Below are positions 49,282-58,667 of a DNA stretch of 64,000 nt, piece after piece. Source of the stretch: a virus; IMG/VR virus record IMGVR_UViG_3300044617_000226, positions 14,989-78,988 of that record; one strand, 5' to 3'. How positions within the stretch are numbered: position 1 is the first letter of the stretch; the number at the start of each line of letters is the position of its first letter. The position numbers and the translations under genes were made by a program. The notes below the pieces were generated by a model. The model did not search any database and was not told the origin of the DNA. It saw only the letters and a program-made list of their open reading frames with translations.

Positions 49282-49731
49282 TTATTGGAGGGCGGCGGTA
49301 TTAGTCGTGCTATCGAGGAACACGCTTAAAAGTGAGGCTTCATTGAAAGGCTGTACGGCCAATTCTACTTCAAGCAATATACCATTCTCTTGCGGATAGG
49401 CTCTGACATAGTTTAACACTATTCTAGGGTCTTGGCTAGCGATTCTTGCTATCTCATTTTCGAGGCTAAATTGAACATCAGGAGTGTTAGGTTCGAATAC
49501 AAAGTTCCACAATGTGGTGCCATAATCAGGTTGGCCTACTTTTTCGCCTTGTCTGATGTTCAAACTATTCACAAAATCTTGAACTACTAGATTTTCGTCT
49601 GTCAATTTAAACTTTTTACCGGGATATACAGGATTGACCAAAGATCCTACACCGCCGTCAATGCCCGGAAATGCATTTGTTGTTTTTGGTTTGCAAGCGT
49701 TAAGTGTAGTGAATCCGTTATATTGTGCCAT
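49282..49731 (-). CDS. gp25: Baseplate wedge protein, T4 gp25/GPW-like
   Basis: LNIRQGEKVGQPDYGTTLWNFVFEP...DPRI. Confidence 0.9.
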   Translation of the reverse strand: MAQYNGFTTLNACKPKTTNAFPGIDGGVGSLVNPVYPGKKFKLTDENLVVQDFVNSLNIRQGEKVGQPDYGTTLWNFVFEPNTPDVQFSLENEIARIASQDPRIVLNYVRAYPQENGILLEVELAVQPFNEASLLSVFLDSTTNTAALQ

Positions 49732-49736
49732 AATTA

Positions 49737-49744
49737 TATTTATA
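49737..49744 (-). promoter_or_regulatory. T4-type late promoter TATAAATA
   Basis: Exact consensus 5 bp upstream of the gp25 ATG. Confidence 0.75.
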
Positions 49745-49751
49745 GTTTAAA

Positions 49752-52700
49752 TTATGCGTTGCCTGTCACTACCCTAGTGGTTATTGAACTAACCGTAGTA
49801 TTGCTTGTGCTTGCAGAATTCGTGTTTGACGATGCATTACCATATATAGCCAATGCCACAGCAGGGAATTCTTCATTTAGTTTCACTATCTTATCTTGTG
49901 CCGCTGTATATTCTGCGATTGCTGAGTCATATCCTGCTTTGGCTATATCGATTCCCGGATCGCCTGCAGGAAGATTTTGCTGGGCCTTGAGATATTTGTC
50001 TAGTTCATCTATCATTTTGCTTTCTGCTTTGTTAGATTCTATCAACAATTCACCTTGTTTTACGATATAATCAAACTTTTGCTTTTCAAAATCTTCGATC
50101 TTGCTCTTAGCGGCCTCACTCACTTCTCCGAAATTAGGAGCAGGTATATCAGGATCTCCCAACTGACTTGTTATAGCCCCTGTTATGCTACTTCTATCTG
50201 TAGTATTGAGTGCAATGCTAGGTACCTTGATTCCAGATCCGGCGCTTGCTATAGATCCTAATGCACTTTGCAATTCAGCGGCTGCGCCAGCCGGTAAGCC
50301 TGATGTGACTAATGATGTCAATGAGTCTGCGGTACCCTGTGCTTTAGCAAGTAAGTCATTTGCTTTACCAGTCAATCCACCTGCTATATTATTAAGTTTG
50401 TCTGTTGATGCACCTGCTATGGCTGACTTCAAATCACCTATACCAGGCATGCTAGGTACCGCTCCTTTAGCGAGATTAGTGATGCTTGATACGGCTGCTT
50501 GCCCGCCCGGTAGATTTGACAAACCGCTAGCAATTGTTGATGTTGCCGCGGCTACTGCTCCACCCTTAGCAGCCGCAGCCGAAGTCAATGCCGCGGCTCC
50601 GGACGATATTGATCCAGCAAATGCTGTGGCTGCTGTCTCTACTGATTTGCCTGCGCTTGATAATAAGTCTTTACCGGATCCTATTAATGATGATGTAGAT
50701 GTACCACCACTAGCGGCTTGCATTAAACTATCTGCAACACTGCCTGCTGATGGTAACAATTTACTAGCGCCTCCCAAGATGCTACTTGCGGCACCACTGG
50801 CTGCTCCGCTTATCACACCACCTAGTGCGGGGCCTACGGCTTTGCTTACTGCTCCACTTACAGCAGAAGATATGGCTGAACCAACTTTTCCTGTAGCCAT
50901 GCTAGCAAGTTGACTACCCGACCCTGTTAGTCCCTGAGATACTGCATCTTTTAAGCCTGATGCTTTGCTTGCTAATGAACCTGCGGCTTGTGACAACTCA
51001 TTCGTTGCGCTTGATGCGCCTGCTTCAACAGTGGCTTCTGCGGCCTTCTTAGCCAATGCTGTTAAGTTTTGTGGCACTCCTGCTTCCATAGGCTTGAATG
51101 AAGAGGCTATCGCGCTGAATGCCCCTGCTGCCAAGCCTTTCGCTTGATCAGCCACTGCCTCAAGACTAGGTGATTTGACTGCGGCTTCTACAGAACTTTG
51201 TAATCCAGACAATGCGCCGGATATTCCTTCGCCTACTGAGGCAGCAAAATTACCTGCTGATATATCTTTCATCACTGAATCTAATTTTCCTGCAGGTAAG
51301 TTTGGTAGTCCTGGTATAGAACCTGCCGCACTCTTGATGGCATCGACTGTTGCGCCTACACCATTCTTTGCGGCGCTCATGACCATACCGCCTAGTTGAC
51401 TTGCCGTCTCATTACCTGTTATAGCGCCACTTCCTTGTAGAGCAGTTTGTGCTTGTTGTAAATTAGTAGTCAAAGCCTTAGCCTGTGCCTCTACACTACC
51501 TACTAAACTTCCTAAATCTTTGGCTCCATCTTTTCCGGTAAACAAGTTGTTTGGCATGCTTGCCGCTATATTACCAGTAGCCGATGCCAAACTAGTTACT
51601 AGCGCGGCAGAGCCTTGTTTGATAGTGCCTGCTTGTTCTAAGGCTTTAGAAGTTAGAGCAAATTTACCTACACCTACTTCTGTTCCGGCGGCTGTTTGCG
51701 CAATTGCTGTGCCTTTACTTACCGCATCTTTTAATGGTCCGGCAGCAGCCGCTTGTGCTACTGCTCCTGAAATTGCCTGAGTCGCTTGAGGAGTTAATGC
51801 CTTACTTGCTCCACCAACTGATGGAGCAGTCGCGGCTGATGCTGTGGTTACAGGGTTATCTAGAGATGCAGCCGCGACAGTATTTGTTTGTTGTACGCTT
51901 GTGGCAGGTGATGCCGGCAATGCGCTACTTGCATTCAAGTCGGTCTTGACATCTACGCCTTGACCTGCATTAGCCCATGGTGCATGAGCAGGTGCTCTGC
52001 TTGTGATACTGACTAATTTTGCAGGAGCCGCTAAGAAACCTTTTTCTTGATCGAATAATGTATCTGTGTGCAATGTCTTATCGATAGCAGGAACTTCAGC
52101 AGGCTGTGTTGATGTTTTACCGCTATTCAAATTAACTTTGCTACCATTGACAAACGCTTCTGCTCCACTTGCCATACTTGCTTGTCCACCTGAGTTGACA
52201 CTATATGCCCCACCCACTTTAGTAGTATGTTTACCAGTAGTGAAAGTCTGATGATCTGCGCCAGTTCTTTGTTTAAATTCTTTTTCACTATTGATGTGAA
52301 TATTCTCGCCTTGTATGTTTAGATTTTTTGTAGCATGTATGTTTACATTGTTATCGGCATGTAAATTTAAATCACCTTGTGTGCGCAAGTTGATTGAGTT
52401 AGTCGAATAGATATCAACAGTTCCTTCTTTACCTAATTCGATATAACTTTGTCCATTACTATGAAGTACCATCAATGTCTGACCGTCATCGCTCATCAAT
52501 ATCTGATGACCAAGTGCTGTTCTTATTCTTACTAGTTGGTCGCGACCAATTATGTCACCGTCATCCATGACGATGCTATGACCACCTCTGCGTGATACTA
52601 CACGGAGTTCTTTGCTTTTATCTGCCTTTAAGTTTTCTGCTACAGATGTATCATCAAATCCACCTTCATAGATAGGACGACCCGGAGTGCTGACACCCCA

Positions 52701-53360
52701 ACCAACTCTTGAGGGACTTTCACGCTGGCTACTAGAACTGATGGGGCCGCGAATAGGATCACGCAATATACCCTGCTGGAACATTATAGTTGCGCTATAA
52801 CTATGTACAGGCTTGGCTGCTGTCAAATATTCACTGCTATCAGCAACATCTTTATTGTTAGTATTGATGTTTGTTACTGGTAATCTTTTAGCACCACCAT
52901 AACTTTTTGCTTCGCCTTCGTTTGGTATGATATTATCAGTAGCACCTATAGCAGGAACCATTTGCAATGCCTCTGGTTGCATGACGCAACCAACATAATA
53001 GCCATAGTTCATGTCACCATCAACGAACAAGCATAATACAGTTGTTCCAATATCAGGTGGACTCATCCACATACCATAACTGCTTGGATTAGTCTTAAAT
53101 GTACCTAATTCAGTGTCGCCTGCGTCCGGTCTCGTCACACCATAGAAGGGACTGAGCATAGTGACTGGGCGCCAGTTATCTTTGTTCTCAGGGTCAAGAC
53201 CACTATTGTCTGTGATATAGACCATGATCTGACCGCTACGCTTAGGATCGACATTATCTTTGACGATGCCTAATGCAGGCACCATGCGTGGGTTGGCACC
53301 ACCTGCGTCAGGACTACTTCTCTTAAGAGGACCTTTTGGTTTGATTACATCTTGTGCCAT
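49752..53360 (-). CDS. gp5: Baseplate hub/central spike, gp5/VgrG-like, with long Ala/Gly/Ser-rich C-terminal extension
   Basis: OB-fold GIVKDNVDPKRSGQIMV...PPDIGTTVLCLF; beta-helix start SRRGGHSIVMDD...RTALGHQILMSD...HSNGQSYIEL. Confidence 0.8.
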   Translation of the reverse strand: MAQDVIKPKGPLKRSSPDAGGANPRMVPALGIVKDNVDPKRSGQIMVYITDNSGLDPENKDNWRPVTMLSPFYGVTRPDAGDTELGTFKTNPSSYGMWMSPPDIGTTVLCLFVDGDMNYGYYVGCVMQPEALQMVPAIGATDNIIPNEGEAKSYGGAKRLPVTNINTNNKDVADSSEYLTAAKPVHSYSATIMFQQGILRDPIRGPISSSSQRESPSRVGWGVSTPGRPIYEGGFDDTSVAENLKADKSKELRVVSRRGGHSIVMDDGDIIGRDQLVRIRTALGHQILMSDDGQTLMVLHSNGQSYIELGKEGTVDIYSTNSINLRTQGDLNLHADNNVNIHATKNLNIQGENIHINSEKEFKQRTGADHQTFTTGKHTTKVGGAYSVNSGGQASMASGAEAFVNGSKVNLNSGKTSTQPAEVPAIDKTLHTDTLFDQEKGFLAAPAKLVSITSRAPAHAPWANAGQGVDVKTDLNASSALPASPATSVQQTNTVAAASLDNPVTTASAATAPSVGGASKALTPQATQAISGAVAQAAAAGPLKDAVSKGTAIAQTAAGTEVGVGKFALTSKALEQAGTIKQGSAALVTSLASATGNIAASMPNNLFTGKDGAKDLGSLVGSVEAQAKALTTNLQQAQTALQGSGAITGNETASQLGGMVMSAAKNGVGATVDAIKSAAGSIPGLPNLPAGKLDSVMKDISAGNFAASVGEGISGALSGLQSSVEAAVKSPSLEAVADQAKGLAAGAFSAIASSFKPMEAGVPQNLTALAKKAAEATVEAGASSATNELSQAAGSLASKASGLKDAVSQGLTGSGSQLASMATGKVGSAISSAVSGAVSKAVGPALGGVISGAASGAASSILGGASKLLPSAGSVADSLMQAASGGTSTSSLIGSGKDLLSSAGKSVETAATAFAGSISSGAAALTSAAAAKGGAVAAATSTIASGLSNLPGGQAAVSSITNLAKGAVPSMPGIGDLKSAIAGASTDKLNNIAGGLTGKANDLLAKAQGTADSLTSLVTSGLPAGAAAELQSALGSIASAGSGIKVPSIALNTTDRSSITGAITSQLGDPDIPAPNFGEVSEAAKSKIEDFEKQKFDYIVKQGELLIESNKAESKMIDELDKYLKAQQNLPAGDPGIDIAKAGYDSAIAEYTAAQDKIVKLNEEFPAVALAIYGNASSNTNSASTSNTTVSSITTRVVTGNA

Positions 53361-53364
53361 TTAA

Positions 53365-55755
53365 TTATCCACCCCCTCTCGGGTTACCATCTAAGCCTTT
53401 CAAAGTTCCTTTTTCTAAACCGGTGTTAGGATTTTGATCGTCATTTGCCGGAGAAGGAGTTGCTGTAGTTGGACTTGAGCCTGAAGGAGTATCATCAGTG
53501 ATATCCTCTGCTGTATCAAACTGTGTACCTCCTAAATCTAAGACCTGTTCGAATTTACCATTGCTAAATGTGCTATGAACTTTCAGAACTTCCCAGATTA
53601 ATGCTCCTTGCACCATATCTTTTATGTATTGCGGATAATTCAAGAAAAATATATTTTCATTGATTTCCATCAATCCTGTGCTATGTTTATAATCAACTGC
53701 CTCTTTAAATGCAACTTCAATGAAGACTTGTCCACCATTGGCACTTATCGTATATCCATCAGTGTCGTAAAATTTATTGTATAATTCTTGTATCGATGTG
53801 GTAGCATCACGCACTAAGAAATCGGGATCACCCAATATTTTAAGTTTGCCATTTGAATAAGCACCTATATCGTGCAAACTAGTGACTATGCTATTCTGAA
53901 CTTCAAGACCAACTGCTAATGTTCCTGTTCTATCTCCGGGAGATTTCACTCCTGTTTTTACAGAAGTACCACCTGCTTTCGCTGTACCTGCACTAGTATC
54001 TTTTTGTCCCGGCGGCGGGGCATCTGCTTTTTGTCCTGTATTTCCCGCAGTAGTCTTGGTGTTGCCTGTAGATGATCCAGATGAAGTTGGTGTGGCTGTT
54101 TGCCCTTCTCTTTCTGCTCCAGGATTAGAACTCTTTGCTAAACTAGTAAAGTCTTGTTCTTCAATACCTAACACGGTATTGAAATAAAGATTATCGAATG
54201 TCAATTGATAATCAAGTATCTCGCTATTTTGTCCGGTGAACCAATAATCATATCTTTTATGACAACCATAATATCTTGACATGTTAGGTGCGTATGGTGT
54301 CGCTACGCTAGGTATCTCGTATACTGCTATGATGAATTCTTGCTCGTAAGCCCAATCACCTATTTTTGTGTCCCAAGTGCATTTCACTATATTAGAATTA
54401 ACGCTGAACCATGCTAACGGTAAAGGATTCTCTCGCTTGACTTGAGGGTTATTCTTTTGTTTAATGTCTGGTTCTTTGGTGTTTGCATATATCGTCTTCA
54501 AAGCATTTGCCATATATGCGCTTCTTTTAATAATGATCTCAATGGCTTGCACTATTGAAGTATCGTTATTGACGACTATCATGCGTTCATTTGGATCAGG
54601 TGGTTTAGCACTTTTAGCATCAGTTGATTCAGATGTTGTGGCAGCGCCTGAACCCGGCCATTTGATCTTGTCTAAATCTGCTTGCGTGACCATGCTGGCT
54701 TTACCGATCCTATTCTCAGCATCACCTACATATTTGATAGAATATTTGTTTGGCACCATAGCATCAGCAGGATTCTTGTTGGTCTTTTCTATTTCCATTT
54801 GATTTAATTTTGTTATTAAACCATCAGGACCCTGCAATGCATCATTTACTGATTTGCCTTGCACTTTAACACCAGTGGGTATTCTGCCTCTTTTTGTACC
54901 TAATAATGCCTGTGCGTTGATACTCACCGCTTCAACATTGTATACTACGGTCTTACCATCAAGTTTAAACTTGATGTTAGAGATTTCCATATCATAATAA
55001 TTTTCGAACAATGCGTCTGAACCTGCAGGATCTATGGGTTCACCGAACACCTTATCTTGAGGTTTGATAAGATTTCCATTAATATCATAGCCGTAGAATC
55101 TTATACCTAATATAAAAATGTTTTTAAACTGATTACTTTGATCTTTATATGAAGTGCTATCGCTATATGCTTTTAATGCGTCACCTGCTCGTTTAAGATT
55201 GGTTAAAAAACTAAATCCATATGGTTCAGTGATTTGAAAATTTATAGTAGAGACTGCGCTAGTATCTGTGCCTGTTCCTTTTGAACCCATCAATGTCTCA
55301 AATCTTAGATTATCAATATAATAATCTAACTGAAAGCCAGGTGCTCTGCGCTGTGTGGTGTTGTTTATGCCACCGCTTTGTGCTATCACATATGCTCCTG
55401 CTCCTGCGCCTGTAGGATTCGCATCGCTCACAGGACCTGCAGTTTTTAATGCGTCGATGTTCTTTCTACCAGTATTGACAAACTCTGCATAAGCGTCCGG
55501 AGTTATCATATACCAAGATATCTGATAAGTGTAACTTGCTAATTTAGATAGTGGGTTGTATAATCTTTTTCCGGGTCTCTCAGAACCGCCCATGCCAGCG
55601 GGGCCAGGACTTGCGGCAGTGCCAGTGGCTACTCCTGTACTAGAAATATTAGTTGCTACTGACGATCCTGCAGGAATAACATTTTGTTTTTGATTTAAGT
55701 ATGATACTGCTAGGTTATTAAGATCGTCATCAACCTGATTAACACTTATTGCCAT
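53365..55755 (-). CDS. Probable baseplate hub protein (gp27-like)
   Basis: Position between gp53-like and gp5-like; NPLSKLASYTY, FQITEPYG, ILGDPDF, C-terminal VHSTFSNGKFEQVL. Confidence 0.6.
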   Translation of the reverse strand: MAISVNQVDDDLNNLAVSYLNQKQNVIPAGSSVATNISSTGVATGTAASPGPAGMGGSERPGKRLYNPLSKLASYTYQISWYMITPDAYAEFVNTGRKNIDALKTAGPVSDANPTGAGAGAYVIAQSGGINNTTQRRAPGFQLDYYIDNLRFETLMGSKGTGTDTSAVSTINFQITEPYGFSFLTNLKRAGDALKAYSDSTSYKDQSNQFKNIFILGIRFYGYDINGNLIKPQDKVFGEPIDPAGSDALFENYYDMEISNIKFKLDGKTVVYNVEAVSINAQALLGTKRGRIPTGVKVQGKSVNDALQGPDGLITKLNQMEIEKTNKNPADAMVPNKYSIKYVGDAENRIGKASMVTQADLDKIKWPGSGAATTSESTDAKSAKPPDPNERMIVVNNDTSIVQAIEIIIKRSAYMANALKTIYANTKEPDIKQKNNPQVKRENPLPLAWFSVNSNIVKCTWDTKIGDWAYEQEFIIAVYEIPSVATPYAPNMSRYYGCHKRYDYWFTGQNSEILDYQLTFDNLYFNTVLGIEEQDFTSLAKSSNPGAEREGQTATPTSSGSSTGNTKTTAGNTGQKADAPPPGQKDTSAGTAKAGGTSVKTGVKSPGDRTGTLAVGLEVQNSIVTSLHDIGAYSNGKLKILGDPDFLVRDATTSIQELYNKFYDTDGYTISANGGQVFIEVAFKEAVDYKHSTGLMEINENIFFLNYPQYIKDMVQGALIWEVLKVHSTFSNGKFEQVLDLGGTQFDTAEDITDDTPSGSSPTTATPSPANDDQNPNTGLEKGTLKGLDGNPRGGG

Positions 55756-55758
55756 TTA

Positions 55759-56073
55759 TTATATACCCAATGCTTGTTTCAGTGTATCCATAGTAGGTAC
55801 ATATAACTCAGTACCAGTAACAAAATTAAAATATGGATCTGGCCCTAATCGATTAGGGTTTCTAGCGGCGAACACCCACCACAAACGAGGATCACCATAC
55901 AAATCAAAGGCTAACATATCAGGACGATATTGATAAACTTCTGCTAGTATGATTTGTATATCGCTAGGCTGGCTAGGTATAGGTCTGTTGACCATGAAGT
56001 CTAAAAACTTTTTATTAAAGATTTCAGTTTCTTTATATGGGCTAGTTCTAGGATATATCGCATTGCTTGCCAT
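55759..56073 (-). CDS. gp53: Baseplate wedge protein, T4 gp53-like (LysM-like)
   Basis: YRPDMLAFDLYGDPRLWWVFAARNP; likely ATG start at 56073 (TAATG overlap). Confidence 0.8.
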   Translation of the reverse strand: MASNAIYPRTSPYKETEIFNKKFLDFMVNRPIPSQPSDIQIILAEVYQYRPDMLAFDLYGDPRLWWVFAARNPNRLGPDPYFNFVTGTELYVPTMDTLKQALGI

Positions 56074-57578
56074 TACCAAATTCCTCCGCCTGCGTTCTTG
56101 ACGCCATTTAACAATTTACCGCTAGCATAATCTTTGACGCTGAATCTATTGCTAATGTCATATCTACTTACTATCGGTACTGCGCTTATGCTAATATTAA
56201 TCTTTGTAGGTACATAAGTAGGATCTTTAGTACCTGGAGGCACAGTTGAATTAAATCCTGTATCATTCTGTGACCCGTTGAAAGATGGACCTGCTAATAT
56301 GCCGCCGGGAATAACTTTCTTCAATATACTCTGTGCTGTACCACCCAATTTACTTACTGCGTTTTGTGCTAATCGTTCTGCTACTGCTTGAAATGGACCT
56401 GATCTTTTAGATTTTTTAGGGTCACCGCTCGGTGCTCTGTTGACCCCGGCACCTGCTGTTATCGCTCCGGCTCGAATATAATCAACATCAGTAGGTAAGT
56501 TATAACTAAAACTTGTTATGGCTAATGGATGTGCATTGAATTGAAACTCACCCAATCCAAAAAGATAACAGAGCGGAGGTGGTGTGCCTGGTTTTGGAAA
56601 TTGATCTTGTCCATAAAACATCTTTGTCACGCTACGGAAAAAATGAATTACTGCTAGTACATAATTTGCTTCTTCAGTATCCTGCGCTGTAAAGTCGCAG
56701 GTTATGCTAAGTGAATCTACTGAACTACCTTCATATTGAAATAATTTATAGTTGCTATGCGCCGGTTGAGTTGGACTATAACTGGCAGCATAGTTAACTG
56801 AGATAGCAGGAGTATATGGAAATATCACTCCGTCAGTAGCAGCCAACGGTGCTAGTATGCCCGGGGTGTCTGAATAGTATAGATATTTTGCTTGCGCCGC
56901 GCCAGGACTCAATGCTAGTCTAACACGCCAGTCTTTACGCTGTTTGAAGTTAGTAGTATCTTGTAATGTAGCCTGCGCTCTTGTGTTTTTGATGTCACCA
57001 GAAAGACCTCTATTAGTATTACCTGCGGCAGGGTCTGTTGCTGGTACCGGGGTATATGGTTCACCTGTCTCAGGGTTGATCGCTTGTCCGGTTTTTACAC
57101 CGGGATCTGTTTTTATGTTTAACTTTTCAGGTGTTGATTTGGCTAGTGCTTCTTGTTTAGCAATTTCATCAGGATCGGTTGGTACTGCTACAGGTGCGGG
57201 CACTGTTGTTGTGGGCTTGGTTGCGGCTTCCCCCTCACCTGCTGTTCCGGGAGTACCTGTGCCTGAGTTATTCTCTTTCTTGGTTGCTTCTTCTGCTTCA
57301 AATCTTTCTATTAAATTTGTAAAATTACTTACTCTAGTATTTTGCTCATCTCTCTGTAACAGTAAATTTGTCTTTTCAGCAGATAATCCTGCTATCTCAG
57401 CATCCCTAGCTAGGTTTATAGGATCGTTAGGATTGTAATTAGGTGATTCCTGGTCTCTTGCTCGTTGTTTTCTTAATTCTAGAACTCTTTTTTCCAGTGC
57501 TGAATACTGGGCTCCATATTCGGCGGCTAATTGTTTAGCCTCCGCCAAGAGTTTTCTATATTCATCTAAACTGGCCAT
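56073..57578 (-). CDS. Baseplate tail-tube cap/initiator-like protein (gp48/gp54-like) with N-terminal coiled coil and Pro/Thr linker
   Basis: FPYTPAI...FTAQ...FRSVTKMFYG...PGTPPPLCYL...ITSFSYNLP tube-fold motifs; first gene of the late block. Confidence 0.6.
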   Translation of the reverse strand: MASLDEYRKLLAEAKQLAAEYGAQYSALEKRVLELRKQRARDQESPNYNPNDPINLARDAEIAGLSAEKTNLLLQRDEQNTRVSNFTNLIERFEAEEATKKENNSGTGTPGTAGEGEAATKPTTTVPAPVAVPTDPDEIAKQEALAKSTPEKLNIKTDPGVKTGQAINPETGEPYTPVPATDPAAGNTNRGLSGDIKNTRAQATLQDTTNFKQRKDWRVRLALSPGAAQAKYLYYSDTPGILAPLAATDGVIFPYTPAISVNYAASYSPTQPAHSNYKLFQYEGSSVDSLSITCDFTAQDTEEANYVLAVIHFFRSVTKMFYGQDQFPKPGTPPPLCYLFGLGEFQFNAHPLAITSFSYNLPTDVDYIRAGAITAGAGVNRAPSGDPKKSKRSGPFQAVAERLAQNAVSKLGGTAQSILKKVIPGGILAGPSFNGSQNDTGFNSTVPPGTKDPTYVPTKINISISAVPIVSRYDISNRFSVKDYASGKLLNGVKNAGGGIW

Positions 57579-57627
57579 AAGTTATCCTGTAGTAAAAAGA
57601 GACCGCATAAATAGCATGTCTGTGTAT

Positions 57628-57635
57628 TATTTATC
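57628..57635 (-). promoter_or_regulatory. Late promoter-like GATAAATA heading the baseplate block
   Basis: In the divergent intergenic region, upstream of 57578. Confidence 0.7.
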
Positions 57636-57667
57636 GCCCTGAAAATCACCGTTTTTGTAATATAGGC

Positions 57668-57696
57668 TTGACATAATCTGCCAGGCCGTGTATCAT
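57668..57696 (+). promoter_or_regulatory. Sigma70-type promoter TTGACA-N17-TATCAT
   Basis: Perfect -35 (57668-57673), 17-bp spacer, -10 TATCAT (57691-57696), upstream of gp55. Confidence 0.8.
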
Positions 57697-57723
57697 TTAC
57701 GCAACACAATTACAAGAGGAACT

Positions 57724-58623
57724 ATGTCTATAACAACAAAGAAGCCAGTCAATTATCTAAACAATAAAGATATCTTAAAAGAGATACATGCCAGCAAGTC
57801 AAGTTACTGCTGTTTTTCAAAGCAAGAGTATCATCAATATGATCTAATCGTAGATACCCCGCAGAATTCATTAGAAAAATCATTAGAGCAAATCACAAAG
57901 CCCAAAAACATCAAGGCTGCTAAAGAAATCAGAGCCGCACGAATTTTGGCACAGACCGGCGAAGAAGTAAAACTCAAAGACATTCCAGTAACAGATTTAG
58001 TTTTCCGTGTCATGACCTGGGAACATATCCCCATGAATCCAAAGCAACCAAGAAAAGTCGTAGTAAAGAAAACCGCTAAAGATATCTTGGAATTTGATGA
58101 TATAGATGAAGATAGCCTCTTTGCAGACTTGGAAGACGAAAAGACCAAAGATGAAGTCGATGACATGGTTCATGTCAAGGTTAACTTCCCGCCATTCCAA
58201 CATTATAAGATTGATGAAACCGGTAGCGCAGTATGTGTTGGCAAGAGCCACTGGACAGGTGGTGTCAAGACCGGAGAATTCAGCAAGGATCATGGTAAGA
58301 TCACAGACAAACTAGCCCGTATGTTCATCATGCTTTGTGAAAAGTATGCCATGAAATATAATTGGCGTGGCTACACATACAATGATGAAATGCGCAACAG
58401 TGCCATTCTACAGTTGACTTATGTTGGATTGCGTTTCAATGAAGCGAAATCGGCAAACCCATTCGCTTACTACACAGCCGCTATCACAAATAGTTTCTGC
58501 CGTGTATTGAATACCGAAAAGCGTAATCAAAACATCCGTGATGACATCCTTGAGATGAACGGCTTGAACCCAAGTTACACAAGGCAGATGTCCGGTGCCA
58601 AGTTTGATAGTTACGAAGAATAA
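57724..58623 (+). CDS. gp55: Late-transcription sigma factor, T4 gp55-like
   Basis: NYLNNKDILKEI; NWRGYTYNDEM; FNEAKSANPFAYYT. Start moved to ATG 57724 after the AGAGGA Shine-Dalgarno; the track's GTG start lies inside the promoter. Confidence 0.9.
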   Translation: MSITTKKPVNYLNNKDILKEIHASKSSYCCFSKQEYHQYDLIVDTPQNSLEKSLEQITKPKNIKAAKEIRAARILAQTGEEVKLKDIPVTDLVFRVMTWEHIPMNPKQPRKVVVKKTAKDILEFDDIDEDSLFADLEDEKTKDEVDDMVHVKVNFPPFQHYKIDETGSAVCVGKSHWTGGVKTGEFSKDHGKITDKLARMFIMLCEKYAMKYNWRGYTYNDEMRNSAILQLTYVGLRFNEAKSANPFAYYTAAITNSFCRVLNTEKRNQNIRDDILEMNGLNPSYTRQMSGAKFDSYEE

Positions 58624-58632
58624 CCATAACAA

Positions 58633-58661
58633 TTGCTATTTTAACATAAACGATATAAAAT
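58633..58661 (+). promoter_or_regulatory. Sigma70-type promoter TTGCTA-N17-TAAAAT
   Basis: Intergenic, ends 6 bp before the gp47 ATG. Confidence 0.55.
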
Positions 58662-58667
58662 ATCTGA

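Noticed and set aside
50055-52251. Plus-strand ORFs up to 242 aa opposite gp5
   Set aside because: Antisense artefacts of Ala/Gly/Ser-rich codons; no motif or ribosome-binding site.
45845-57578. Type VI secretion system or extracellular contractile injection system
   Set aside because: Adjacent gp55, gp46/47, resolvase and T4-type late promoters indicate a lytic phage.
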